NCBI GenBank assembly: GCA_044344255.1
Contig: JBIJDH010000009.1
Coordinates: 160,001 to 224,000, forward strand
DNA length: 64,000 nt
Source of the DNA: Myxococcota bacterium
GTDB lineage: Bacteria > Myxococcota_A > UBA796 > UBA2385
Direction of reading: 5' to 3'
The notes beneath the pieces are model-generated. The model did not search any database, had not been told where the DNA came from, and saw nothing but the letters and a program-made list of their open reading frames with translations. Numbering within the stretch: position 1 is the stretch's first letter; every line of letters starts with the position of its first letter. Positions 18,106 to 27,324 of the stretch are shown in pieces. The position numbers were made by a program, and so were the translations under genes.

Positions 18106-19799
18106 TTTGCCTCCCGGCTGCGGGCGATGCCCGTCGCGGCGAGCGCGCAGACCACGCAGACGGCGCCCTGGAGGCCGAGCCACACGCCGCCCATCGCCCC
18201 GCTCAGGCCCCAGGGGACGAGCGAGCCCGTGACCGCGCCGTAGAAGAAGTGTACGGCGGCGCCGATGGAGACGCCGGCCACGAGGGCGCCGAAGGTCCGA
18301 GTGGGGCCGAGGAAGAAGGTGAGCACCATCGGCACGAGGGCCGACAGCAGCAGGGGGAAGCGCCCCACGGGATCCCCGAGCAGCCGCTCTGGCCAGAGGA
18401 GCAGGGGCCGAGAGAGCAGGTCCAGCGCGAGCGAGGGCGGGAGGGGCAGCCAGGGCAGGAAGAAGAGGCCCCCAGCCGTGGTCGCCGCGCTCAAGAGCGC
18501 CATGAGCCGCCAGCCGGCCGGCACCCCCTTGGCCATGCGGGTCACGAGGGCGGCGGCGAGCAAGCCGAGGCCGAAGAGCGGCGCTCGGGCTTGGAGCGTG
18601 AGGGTGCGCACGGCCGCGGAGAGATCGAGGCGACCGGCGCCGTACTTTGGGTCCCGGCCCGCCTCTCCGAGATCGACGGCCGCGCCCATCAGCAGCGCCT
18701 TCACGGCCTCCGCGTCTCCGGCGCCGGCCCCCCAGAGCACCGCCGCCGCCGCCGCCACGTGGGGGGTGGCCATGCTCGTGCCCTGGAACTCGCGGAAGGC
18801 GTGCCCATCCGCGGCGATGGTGTCCTGGAGCACGCCGCCGCCGGGCACCCGGGTGTCACCGCCCGGCGCCGAGATGCCCACCTCGGGGCCGAAGCTCGAG
18901 TAGGGCGCCAGCGCGTCCGAGGGGCCGACCGCGCTCACCGCCAGCACGCCGGGCAGGTTCGCGGGGCTCGAGACGCCCGACCGCCCGCTGTTCCCTGCCG
19001 CGGCCACCACGAGCACGCCGCGGGCTTGGGCCTTCTGCACCGCCGTCGCGATGACCGAGCTCGCGCCCCCGCCGAGGGAGAGGTTGATGATCTGCGCGCC
19101 CTGATCGGCCGCCTCGTCGATGGCCGACGCGATCCACTCGCTGCGGCCCGAGCCCTGAGCGCTCAGCACCTTGAGCGGCAGCAGGGTGGCCTGGGGCGCG
19201 ACGCCCGCGACGCCGAGCCCGTTGTCGGTAGACTGCGCGATGGTGCCGGCGACGTGCGTGCCGTGACCGTTGTCATCGGCCGAGGACGCGACCCCGGGCA
19301 CGAAGGAGTAGCCCTCGAGGAGGAGGGTGTCGGCCAGGTCGGCCACGGGGCTCACGCCGGTGTCGATGACCGCGACCACGACCCCGGCTCCTCCGCCCAC
19401 CCGCCAGCCGGCGGGCGCGCCGATGAGCGCGAAATTCCATTGCTGGTCGTAGAGGGGATCGTCCGGGAAGCCGAAGGCGGTCACCTCGACCGAGGGCTCC
19501 GCCGACTCCACCCCGGGGAGGCCCGCGAGGCGGCTGAGCGCGAGGGCGAGCTCAGGCACCTCGATCGAGGCCAAGGCCTCGTCGGCGCTGCGCTCGCTCA
19601 CCCAGGTCAGGGTCTGGTAGCCAGTGACCGCGCGGGCCTCCTCGAGCGATGTGCCATCGACGAGGTCGATCACCAGACGCCCAGGGCCGCTCGCCGACGG
19701 CGGCTCGGCGAGGGCGCCTCGCGGCGCCGTCGAGGTTTCGAAGGCGCAGGCGCTGGAGAGGAGCGCGAGCAGCGCGGGGAAGGTGCGAGACTGGCGCAT
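18102..19799 (-). CDS. S8 (subtilisin-like) serine peptidase, lipoprotein with C-terminal multi-TM domain
   Basis: Triad motifs VIDTG, HGTHVAG, GTSMATPHV. Lipobox LSSAC. Hydrophobic C-terminus. Confidence 0.92.
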   Translation of the reverse strand: MRQSRTFPALLALLSSACAFETSTAPRGALAEPPSASGPGRLVIDLVDGTSLEEARAVTGYQTLTWVSERSADEALASIEVPELALALSRLAGLPGVESAEPSVEVTAFGFPDDPLYDQQWNFALIGAPAGWRVGGGAGVVVAVIDTGVSPVADLADTLLLEGYSFVPGVASSADDNGHGTHVAGTIAQSTDNGLGVAGVAPQATLLPLKVLSAQGSGRSEWIASAIDEAADQGAQIINLSLGGGASSVIATAVQKAQARGVLVVAAAGNSGRSGVSSPANLPGVLAVSAVGPSDALAPYSSFGPEVGISAPGGDTRVPGGGVLQDTIAADGHAFREFQGTSMATPHVAAAAAVLWGAGAGDAEAVKALLMGAAVDLGEAGRDPKYGAGRLDLSAAVRTLTLQARAPLFGLGLLAAALVTRMAKGVPAGWRLMALLSAATTAGGLFFLPWLPLPPSLALDLLSRPLLLWPERLLGDPVGRFPLLLSALVPMVLTFFLGPTRTFGALVAGVSIGAAVHFFYGAVTGSLVPWGLSGAMGGVWLGLQGAVCVVCALAATGIARSREAK

Positions 19800-19925
19800 G
19801 GCCACTCCGGGTGGGAGTCTGAGGCCCCAGCAGGGCCCCACGGGCAGACTACGTTCGGAGGCCCTGGTTCCTTGCACCATCAACCGGGATTTACGCGGGG
19901 GCGGCCCGGACGAGGCGGCCTGCGC

Positions 19926-20690
19926 TCAGACCACCAGCCACTCGTCGGTCCCGAAGCCGGCGAGGGGAGGCTCCGGGGGCGGATACTGGCCGGAGACCAG
20001 GCGCCGCCGCACCCGCAGCAGGTTGGAGAAGAGGCTCGCCACCTGCCCCACGCTGCGGGGGCCCACCGGGGCGGTGCCGACCCAGTCGATGGGCACCTCG
20101 GCGATGGTCAGGCTGAGCTCGCGCGCGAGGGCCAGCCCCTCCACCTCCGCCGCCCAGCCCTCTTCGAGGGAGCGCGAGAAGACCATCACCGCCGCCTCGC
20201 CTCGGTAGGCCTTGACCACGGAGAGGGGATCTTGGATCCCGGTCGAGGCGACCACCTGACAGACCGCCGTCGAGAAGCGGCCGATCGCGTCCTGGACGAA
20301 GGGCTCCTTCTTGCGGGTGGCGCCGGACATGAAGCGGCTCCCCACCGCGACGTCCATCCCCGAGAGCGCGGGCGGGATCAGCAGCAGCACCTGCTCGGGG
20401 GGCATCGACCACGCAGGATCGAAGCACATCCGCCAGGCCCCCGACGCCGCGAGCATGCCCTCGCGGATCGCGTTTCCGCGGCCGGGCCCAGAGGCGCGGA
20501 CGAACTGCACCTGGGCCGATCGCAGGCGGTGCTCCACCCCTTCATCGGGCAGCTCGCCGACGACGAGCACCTCGACGGTGTAGGGGAGGCAGGATCGGAC
20601 CAGCCGGACGCCGCGGAGGAGGCGGTCGAGCCACGCGCCGTCCGGCCGGTCGGGGCCCTCGGGCAAGGGTGCGATGAGGGTCAGGAACAT
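19926..20690 (-). CDS. GT2 family polyprenyl-phosphate glycosyltransferase-like (degenerate)
   Basis: GRGNAIREGML, DVAVGSRF, GIQD, EVPIDW. DxD position reads FDPAW. Confidence 0.7.
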   Translation of the reverse strand: MFLTLIAPLPEGPDRPDGAWLDRLLRGVRLVRSCLPYTVEVLVVGELPDEGVEHRLRSAQVQFVRASGPGRGNAIREGMLAASGAWRMCFDPAWSMPPEQVLLLIPPALSGMDVAVGSRFMSGATRKKEPFVQDAIGRFSTAVCQVVASTGIQDPLSVVKAYRGEAAVMVFSRSLEEGWAAEVEGLALARELSLTIAEVPIDWVGTAPVGPRSVGQVASLFSNLLRVRRRLVSGQYPPPEPPLAGFGTDEWLVV

Positions 20691-20845
20691 GCGGGCAGCC
20701 TATCCCAACCACCCGCCCGTCGAGGGGCTTTGTCGCCCTCCGCCCCCCGACCCTCGATCTCCGCGCCGCCTGCCTACGCGAGGGGCTCGCTTCCGGGGGG
20801 CTGGGCGGGCTAGACTGTGCTCACTGCTTTCCGGGAACAGGTCCA

Positions 20846-21772
20846 GTGTCCGAGCTCCACCCCATCATCCAGATCGAGCTCCCCACCGGGGATGGCGTCT
20901 CGGTGGTCCGACGCCGCTTCTCTGCGGGTAAGCCAGGCCCGCGTGTCGCGATCGTCGCCGGGATCCGCGGGGACGCCCCCGAGGGCATCCGCGTGGCGCA
21001 CACGGTGGGCGCCTTCCTCCGGCGAGAGGAGCCCGAGATCTCGGGACAGGTCGACATCTACCCCTGCGCAAACCCGCTCGCGGCCCACCGCGGGACGGAT
21101 CTCTGGCCCTTCTTCGACGAAGACCTGAACCGCCTCTTCCCCGGACGCGAGGACGGCCACCCCCCCGACCGCGTCGCCTGGGCGCTCCGCGAAGACATCG
21201 CCGGGGCCGATCAGGTCATCGAGCTGCGCGGCGCCCGCCCCGCCTTCCGCGAGGCCCCACAAGCCCACGTGCGCTGGAAGGACACCGCCGCCACCGAGCT
21301 CGCGATGGGCGCCAACGTCGCGGTGGTCTGGCGTCGGCGCGGTGGCCCCGCCGCCCCGTCCACCTTCGCCCACCAGTTCCCCGGCACCATCGTGCTCGAG
21401 GGGGGCACCGGCAACCGCCTCACCGCCGGGGTGGGCCAGGACCTCGTAGACGGCGTGCTCAACCTGCTCGCCGCCCTCGGCGTGGTGCGAGAGGATCGGC
21501 TGCCCTTCCACTGGGCGGGCCTCCAGCGGCCCGTGAAGGTCAGCGACGACGAGGTGGTGCGGGTTCGGGCCAACCGAGGGGGCCTCTTCCTGCCCTCCGC
21601 CGCGGTCTGGTCCGAGGTGACCGTCGGCGCCGAGCTCGGTTCGGTGGTCGATCCCATCACCGGCGACGAGCTGGAGCTCATCCTGAGCCCGACCGACGGG
21701 CGGCTGCTGGCCGTCCGCGAGCACCCCGTCGTCTTTCCGGGCAGCATGGTCGCCCGCGTGGTGAGCCTATGA
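20846..21772 (+). CDS. M14 AstE/AspA (succinylglutamate desuccinylase/aspartoacylase) family, Zn ligands lost
   Basis: GIRGDA in place of GxHGDE, DLNRLFPG, VLEGG, C-terminal biotinyl-like domain. Confidence 0.8.
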   Translation: MSELHPIIQIELPTGDGVSVVRRRFSAGKPGPRVAIVAGIRGDAPEGIRVAHTVGAFLRREEPEISGQVDIYPCANPLAAHRGTDLWPFFDEDLNRLFPGREDGHPPDRVAWALREDIAGADQVIELRGARPAFREAPQAHVRWKDTAATELAMGANVAVVWRRRGGPAAPSTFAHQFPGTIVLEGGTGNRLTAGVGQDLVDGVLNLLAALGVVREDRLPFHWAGLQRPVKVSDDEVVRVRANRGGLFLPSAAVWSEVTVGAELGSVVDPITGDELELILSPTDGRLLAVREHPVVFPGSMVARVVSL

Positions 21773-22671
21773 CCGTGGTCTTTCGCCTCGAGGCCCCCTA
21801 CCGAGGGGACTACGAGCTGCACCGCCTGACCTTCGGCGCCGGTAGCCCGACGGTGGCCATCGTCGCCGGCCTCCACGGCAACGAGCTGAACTCGATGCAC
21901 GCGGTCAACCTCCTCGCGGCCGTCCTCCGCGCGCAACGGCCCCGCGGGACGGTGCACCTCTTCCCCCTCGTCAACACCTTCGGGGCCGACGAGGGGCGTA
22001 AGCGCTGGCCCTTCGATGATCGCGACATCAACCGGGCCTTCCCCGGTGATCCGGAGGGCATGGCCGTCGAGCGCATCGCCCATGCGATCATGCAGGCCTC
22101 CGAGGCAGACATCTGCGTGGACGTCCACTCCGGCGCGCCGCACGTCCGGGAGCTGCCGCAGGTGCGCGCGCCGATGAGCGGTCGGGAGCTCGAGCTCGCG
22201 CGCGCGATGGGCCTGCCCCTGGTGTGGCGGCGCCCCGGCGATCGCCTCGAGGCCACCGGCCTCGTCGGCGCCTGGCGGGAGGCGGGCCGCCTCGCGCTCC
22301 ACGTGGTGGGGGGCCGCGGCGTCACCCTCGACACTACACACTCCGCCACTCTCGCCCGAGGCCTCGGGCGGCTCCTCTCCCACCTCGGCATCGTCGCCAA
22401 GACCGCCGACTCCGAGACCGTGGCCGACGTCACGCACTCCGAGGTCGAGAGCCACCGCGCCGCCTGCGGCGGCTTCTTCGTCCCAGAGGTTCGGGTGGGA
22501 GACCGCGTCCGCGTCGGCCACCTGCTCGGCTACATTCAGTCCCCGCTCGGCGGGGAGCGGCTGGAGGAGGTGCGGGCCTTGTCGGTCGGCGTGGTGGTGA
22601 CGGTCCGCGCCTGGCCGATGGTGCACGCCGCCGAGCTCGTGGTGCGCGTCGCTGGCATCCGGGAGAGCTGA
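21769..22671 (+). CDS. M14 AstE/AspA family protein
   Basis: GLHGNE, DINRAFPG, VDVHSG. ATGA overlap with the previous gene. Confidence 0.85.
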   Translation: MTVVFRLEAPYRGDYELHRLTFGAGSPTVAIVAGLHGNELNSMHAVNLLAAVLRAQRPRGTVHLFPLVNTFGADEGRKRWPFDDRDINRAFPGDPEGMAVERIAHAIMQASEADICVDVHSGAPHVRELPQVRAPMSGRELELARAMGLPLVWRRPGDRLEATGLVGAWREAGRLALHVVGGRGVTLDTTHSATLARGLGRLLSHLGIVAKTADSETVADVTHSEVESHRAACGGFFVPEVRVGDRVRVGHLLGYIQSPLGGERLEEVRALSVGVVVTVRAWPMVHAAELVVRVAGIRES

Positions 22672-23247
22672 GTGTCGGGCGTCGTGCTCGTCGTCGGATT
22701 TGGCCCCTTCAAGGACGTCTCCGACAACCCGGCCAGCCGGCTGGCCCTCTCGGTCGATGGACGAGAGGCCGGCGGCCTGCGCTTCATCGGGCGGGTGATG
22801 CCGGTGAGCTACGATCGCGGGCCGGCCTTCACCGAGGGGCTCTTCGAGGAGCTCGACCCACAGCTCATCTTCGGGGTCGGGGTCGCCGTCGGCCGGGGCG
22901 AGCCTGCGCTGGAGCGGGTGGGGAGGCGGGCCCTCGATCCCGCGCACGCCGACGTCGATGGGGTCCACCTCGCGGACGCCGAGGAGGGCGGGCCCGCCGA
23001 GATCGACGCCAGCGCAGCGGTCGGGCCGATGGCCGAGGCGCTCGGCCTGCTGGTGAGCGACGACGCCGGGCGCTATGTGTGCAACGCCTGGCTCTACCGG
23101 GTGACCCGTCGCCTGGGAGCGCGCCTCCCCATCGCGTTCTTGCACATCCCCTCCGAGGGGTTCTCCGCCGATCGACTGGTGGATGGGCTGGCGCGGTGCC
23201 TCGGCGACGGTGGATCCGCCCCCACCGTGGAATGCCCCCCCGCATGA
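22672..23247 (+). CDS. pcp: Pyroglutamyl-peptidase I (C15)
   Basis: GFGPF…NPA, LER, SDDAGRYVCN, FLHIP. Confidence 0.85.
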   Translation: MSGVVLVVGFGPFKDVSDNPASRLALSVDGREAGGLRFIGRVMPVSYDRGPAFTEGLFEELDPQLIFGVGVAVGRGEPALERVGRRALDPAHADVDGVHLADAEEGGPAEIDASAAVGPMAEALGLLVSDDAGRYVCNAWLYRVTRRLGARLPIAFLHIPSEGFSADRLVDGLARCLGDGGSAPTVECPPA

Positions 23248-24302
23248 GCGACCGGAACCGCACCGCACCGAGCCCCTTCGACAACCTGATGGCCCAAATG
23301 GGGGTCAAGCCGATCGGCGGCGCTGGCGCGAAGGGCTCCCGCCCGCCCAAGGCGCCAGAGGGCAGGGGCCGACCCGCAGCCAACGCCGCCCAGCCAGCCC
23401 CGATGGCCCCGATGGCCCCGATGGCCCCGTCGGGCCCCGCGTTCCCCGTCTCCCGCCCGGGAGCACCCGCGACGCCGTCCCTCGCCGAAGATCCGCGCCT
23501 CGTGCCTCTCCGCGCCGAGGCCAGCGCGCTGCGGGCGTCCCTCGCTGAGGAGCGGGCGCGCGCAGAGGGCCTGGAGGCGGAGCGAGACGCCCTCCGACAG
23601 CAGCTCGAGGCCGCCGCGGTCGAGCGCGAGGAGCTCGACGAGCACCGTAAGAGCCTCCAGCGCGCCCTCTCCGCGGCCTCCACGTCGGGTCCGAAGGCGC
23701 CGCCCGAGCTCCAAGAGCTCCTGATCGAGCGTGGCTTGAAGCCGGCCACAGAGGCAGACACCCTCCTCCGCGCGGTGGCCGAGGCCCACGTCGGCGGCGA
23801 GCTGGTGGCGCTGCTGCAAGCCGCCGACGGCGCCCGCGCCGAGGGCTGGCTCGAAGATCACGTCGCCCTCGTCTGCGGTGGCGAGCGCTGCCCGCCGCCG
23901 CCGGGGAGGGCCATCTTGATCGTGCCGTCGGCTCGCTGCGAGATCTGTGGGGGATCCGACGTTCGGCGCGCCGTCCGCCTCTTCGTCGACGCCACGCTGA
24001 TGAGCGGCGCCACGCGCGTCACCATCGTCGGGGGCTCCCCCAAGTACCACCGCACCCTCCGCGAGCTCGTCTCCCACCGCAGCCTGACCGTCGACCTCGT
24101 GCCGGGGAACGCGCGCCGGACCATGAAGCAGGCGCAGGCCGACCTCAACCGCTCGAACCTCGTCATCATCTGGGGGGGCACCCTCCTCGACCACAGCACG
24201 AGCGAGCTCTATGAAGGCGGCGGGCCCGCCCGGGTCATCAGCATCCCCCAACGAGGCATCGCGCGGATGCTCGAGCGGGCCACCGAGCTCCTCAGCCCCT
24301 GA
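23244..24302 (+). CDS. Coiled-coil protein with Cys4 motif and C-terminal DUF2325-like domain
   Basis: ATGA overlap. Low-complexity N-terminus, coiled coil, VCGGERC…RCEICGG, then TIVGG…LDH. Confidence 0.6.
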   Translation: MSDRNRTAPSPFDNLMAQMGVKPIGGAGAKGSRPPKAPEGRGRPAANAAQPAPMAPMAPMAPSGPAFPVSRPGAPATPSLAEDPRLVPLRAEASALRASLAEERARAEGLEAERDALRQQLEAAAVEREELDEHRKSLQRALSAASTSGPKAPPELQELLIERGLKPATEADTLLRAVAEAHVGGELVALLQAADGARAEGWLEDHVALVCGGERCPPPPGRAILIVPSARCEICGGSDVRRAVRLFVDATLMSGATRVTIVGGSPKYHRTLRELVSHRSLTVDLVPGNARRTMKQAQADLNRSNLVIIWGGTLLDHSTSELYEGGGPARVISIPQRGIARMLERATELLSP

Positions 24303-24336
24303 GCCCACTGCGACCGCGTCGCCCGACGAGGACCCG

Positions 24337-25053
24337 ATGAACGACGAGCACGACGAGCCGGAGGTCGCCGCTGAAGGGGGGGGGGCCGCGACCCGCCCCG
24401 CGGGGCCCCCCACCGTGCGCATCGCCGACCGCCTCCGCGCGGCCCTCCGCGCCCGCAGCTATGACCTCGGACCGGGACGCTACTACCAGCCGGCCTATCG
24501 CCACATCGCAGCCGCCATCGACCTCCAGGAGGGCGCCTTCCTCGACGTGGGCTGCGGGCCGGGCTGGCTGTCGATCCACCTCGCCGCGGGCAAGCCGGAG
24601 CTCGACGCGGTCGGCCTCGATCTCTCCGAGCCCATGCTCCGGCTCGCCGGACAGAACAAGGGGACGCGCCTCAACGTCACCTTTCGGAAGATGGACGCGG
24701 CGGCGATCGTGTACCCAGAGGCCACCTTTGACGCCGCCGCGGCCGTGCAGTCCGCCCACCACTGGACGAACCCCGCCGGGGTCCTCGCCGAGGTCCACCG
24801 CGTGCTGAAGCCCGGGGGCCGCTTCTTCATCTACGAGGCAGAGGCCGAGCTCGACCGGGTGCCTGAGGGCTGGATCGAACGAAGGGGGCTGCTCCCCCCG
24901 GACGCCTGGCTGCGCTACAATTGGCGACGCTTCGGCATGGACGAGGCGCGCTGGGGCGCCCTCAAGGCAGAGGTCAAGCAGAGCCCCTTCGGCGGCGGAG
25001 AGGACGGCCGACACGGCTTCTACCGCCGGCTCGTCCTTCGAAAGGTGGGATGA
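24337..25053 (+). CDS. Class I SAM-dependent methyltransferase
   Basis: LDVGCGPG, GLDLSEPM, EVHRVLKPGG. Confidence 0.9.
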   Translation: MNDEHDEPEVAAEGGGAATRPAGPPTVRIADRLRAALRARSYDLGPGRYYQPAYRHIAAAIDLQEGAFLDVGCGPGWLSIHLAAGKPELDAVGLDLSEPMLRLAGQNKGTRLNVTFRKMDAAAIVYPEATFDAAAAVQSAHHWTNPAGVLAEVHRVLKPGGRFFIYEAEAELDRVPEGWIERRGLLPPDAWLRYNWRRFGMDEARWGALKAEVKQSPFGGGEDGRHGFYRRLVLRKVG

Positions 25054-25832
25054 ACCTCGGCCCCTGGGTTGACGCCGCCCTCGTCGCCTCCATCGTCGGC
25101 GGGGCCGGCGTCGCCCTCTTCATCCTCGCGTGGCGCCGGCGCCACGGCCCGCGCTGGACCCTGCTCGACGTCGCCATCGCCTTCGCCACCTTCATCGGCG
25201 CCGCCTCGGTGGGCTCGCTGCTGGCGCTGCACTGGAGCACCGGCCACTACGTGCCGGTCGGGGAGCCCCCCGTGCTGCCTGCGGTCGCCGCCACGGGGGT
25301 GGGCTCGGGGATCGCGGTGACCGGCGTCTTCTTGAGGGCGAGGCCGCGAGAGCTGGCCCTCCGGGGGCCCGTCCCCTGGGGCTGGGTGGGGTGGGCCCTC
25401 CTCGGGGTGCCGCCCTTCCTCCTGCTCTCCGCGGCCTGGGTGGCCCTCCTGCAATGGATCGGCCTCAGCGCCGAGCCCCAGCGCCTCGTGGACTGGCTGG
25501 GCGGTGGGGCGGAGGGCAAGCTGGCCGTGGCCTTCTACGCGGTGCTCTACGCTCCCTTCGTCGAAGAGCTGCTGTTCCGCGGCTTCCTGCTCCCGCCCCT
25601 CCTCCGCCGCCTCGGCCCGTCCGCCGGGCTCGTCGTCGGGGGGGCCCTGTTCGGCCTGCTACACGCGAGCGACCCCACGGCGATGGCGCCGCTGGCCGTG
25701 CTCGGGCTCGCGCTCGGGTATCTGCGCCACCGCTCCGGCTCCCTCTGGCCGAGCCTCTGCCTGCACGTGGCCAACAACACGGTCGCGCTCAGCCTCACGC
25801 TCTGGAGCGCGGCGCAGGCCGGGGCGAACTGA
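25050..25832 (+). CDS. CPBP (CAAX/Abi) family intramembrane glutamic endopeptidase
   Basis: EELLFRG, FGLLH, HVANN, multiple TMs. Confidence 0.9.
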   Translation: MNLGPWVDAALVASIVGGAGVALFILAWRRRHGPRWTLLDVAIAFATFIGAASVGSLLALHWSTGHYVPVGEPPVLPAVAATGVGSGIAVTGVFLRARPRELALRGPVPWGWVGWALLGVPPFLLLSAAWVALLQWIGLSAEPQRLVDWLGGGAEGKLAVAFYAVLYAPFVEELLFRGFLLPPLLRRLGPSAGLVVGGALFGLLHASDPTAMAPLAVLGLALGYLRHRSGSLWPSLCLHVANNTVALSLTLWSAAQAGAN

Positions 25833-25841
25833 CCCGGCGGC

Positions 25842-26315
25842 TCAGCGCGGCAGCGCCCGGAGCGCGCCCAAGACCTCATCGACGTGCCCCTTCACCTTCA
25901 CGGGCGACCACCAGCGGGCCACCTTGCCATCGCCGTCGATGAGGAACGTGCTGCGGACGATGCCATCGAAGACCTTGCCGTAGAGCTTCTTCTCGGCCCA
26001 GACTCCCCAGTCCTCACAGACCACCCCGTCGGCGTCGGAGAGCAGGGCGAAGGGGAGGGACTCCTTCTGGCGGAACTTGGCGTGGCGAGCCGCGCTGTCC
26101 TTGCTCACGCCGACCACGACGGCGCCTTCAGCCTCGAAGTGCGGGATCCGATCGCGGAAGTCTTGGGCCTCCGTCGTGCAGCCGGGGGTGAGGTCTTTTG
26201 GGTAGAAGTAGACGACGACAGGGTGGCCGCGGTGCTCACCGAGATCGAAGCGACCCTCGTCGGTGGGGCCGGCGAGGGTGGGAGCGGCAGCACCGACGGA
26301 AGGGAGGGAGGGCAT
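25842..26315 (-). CDS. bcp: Peroxiredoxin Bcp/PrxQ
   Basis: YFYPKDLTPGCTTEA, RSTFLID. Confidence 0.92.
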   Translation of the reverse strand: MPSLPSVGAAAPTLAGPTDEGRFDLGEHRGHPVVVYFYPKDLTPGCTTEAQDFRDRIPHFEAEGAVVVGVSKDSAARHAKFRQKESLPFALLSDADGVVCEDWGVWAEKKLYGKVFDGIVRSTFLIDGDGKVARWWSPVKVKGHVDEVLGALRALPR

Positions 26316-26430
26316 GGAGGGCTCCTGTGGGCCGCCGTCCCTAACGCGAGCCCGACCCCCGTCGTGCAGGCCCCGACGTGGACCTCCCAGGTTATCGGGG
26401 CGGTTCGAACCCCATCCAGAGGGAGTGGAA

Positions 26431-27324
26431 ATGGGTGCCCGTCCCGACCGTCCCGACCGTCCTGACACCAACGCAGCCGATCGGGGCACCGAGCGCGGGC
26501 GGCGAGAGCGGCCGGAGCGTGGGCGCGCCGGGCCGGGCGGTGAACGTCCCCCTCCCCGCGGCGCATCGGCCCGCGGGGGCCCCACCCGCGGCCCTTCGAA
26601 AGAGCAGAGCGCCGCCCGCACCCGGGTCGATCAGCTGATTCGGAGCTCGGGCCTCCCCGAGCCCCTGGCCTGGCAGGTCGAACAGGGGGCGCTCACCTTG
26701 AACGAGGCCCTCCAGCAGATGGCCAACCGCGACGCCGTCGAGGCGCTCATGCGCCGTCACGCGCTGCCGAAGTCGCTGGCGGTGCAGGTGTCCCTGAAGC
26801 AGGTCGAGCTTGAGGACGTGCTCCGAGCCCGGCGGATGGACGCTCACGCCTTGCAGTGGCGAGAGTGGAGCGTCCTTGAGGATGCCCAGCGGTCTGGCAA
26901 GGTCATCGTGCTCGCCCTCCACAACAAGCGCTTCGTGACCGGAACGGTGGTCTCCGTAGCGCCCTACGAGATCACCTTTCAGCCCCGAGAGGAGAGCGCG
27001 ATCACGATTCACAAGCTGCAGATCAAGTTCGCCTGTGGTCAGGCTGACTTCTCGAAGGTCCGATCTGCGGCCAAGCGCGACCCCGACACCGACCGCGCCA
27101 TTGACCCCATCAGTCGTCCCCAGGATCGCCCGGGCTGCTCCGACAAGCGCCTCTTCGGCTACGTGGATGACGAGGCTCGGGTGGTGGTCACCACCCAAGA
27201 AGGTGAGGTGCTCAAGGGCACGCCCACCTGGATGGGTCGGTGGGAATTTGGTCTCAAGCTCGACAAGGGCGCCATCCCTGTCGTGGTTTTCCGGCACGCA
27301 GTCTTGGATGTGAGGAAGGGTTGA
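26431..27324 (+). CDS. Protein with RG-rich N-terminus, two helical repeats and two tandem Hfq/Sm-like domains
   Basis: By-eye alignment to Hfq Sm1/Sm2: ITIHKLQI and VVFRHAV versus MVYKHAI. Confidence 0.6.
   Translation: MGARPDRPDRPDTNAADRGTERGRRERPERGRAGPGGERPPPRGASARGGPTRGPSKEQSAARTRVDQLIRSSGLPEPLAWQVEQGALTLNEALQQMANRDAVEALMRRHALPKSLAVQVSLKQVELEDVLRARRMDAHALQWREWSVLEDAQRSGKVIVLALHNKRFVTGTVVSVAPYEITFQPREESAITIHKLQIKFACGQADFSKVRSAAKRDPDTDRAIDPISRPQDRPGCSDKRLFGYVDDEARVVVTTQEGEVLKGTPTWMGRWEFGLKLDKGAIPVVVFRHAVLDVRKG

Noticed and set aside
23398..23430. Short tandem repeats (CCCGATGGC x3; also 6861-6915 and 26439-26466)
   Set aside because: They are in-frame low-complexity coding repeats (APM, PPVA, RPD) with no spacers, so not CRISPR.
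26395..26420. GGTTCGAACCCC resembling a tRNA T-loop or att remnant
   Set aside because: The T-stem does not pair beyond 2 bp, there is no cloverleaf, and it does not match either tRNA in the window.
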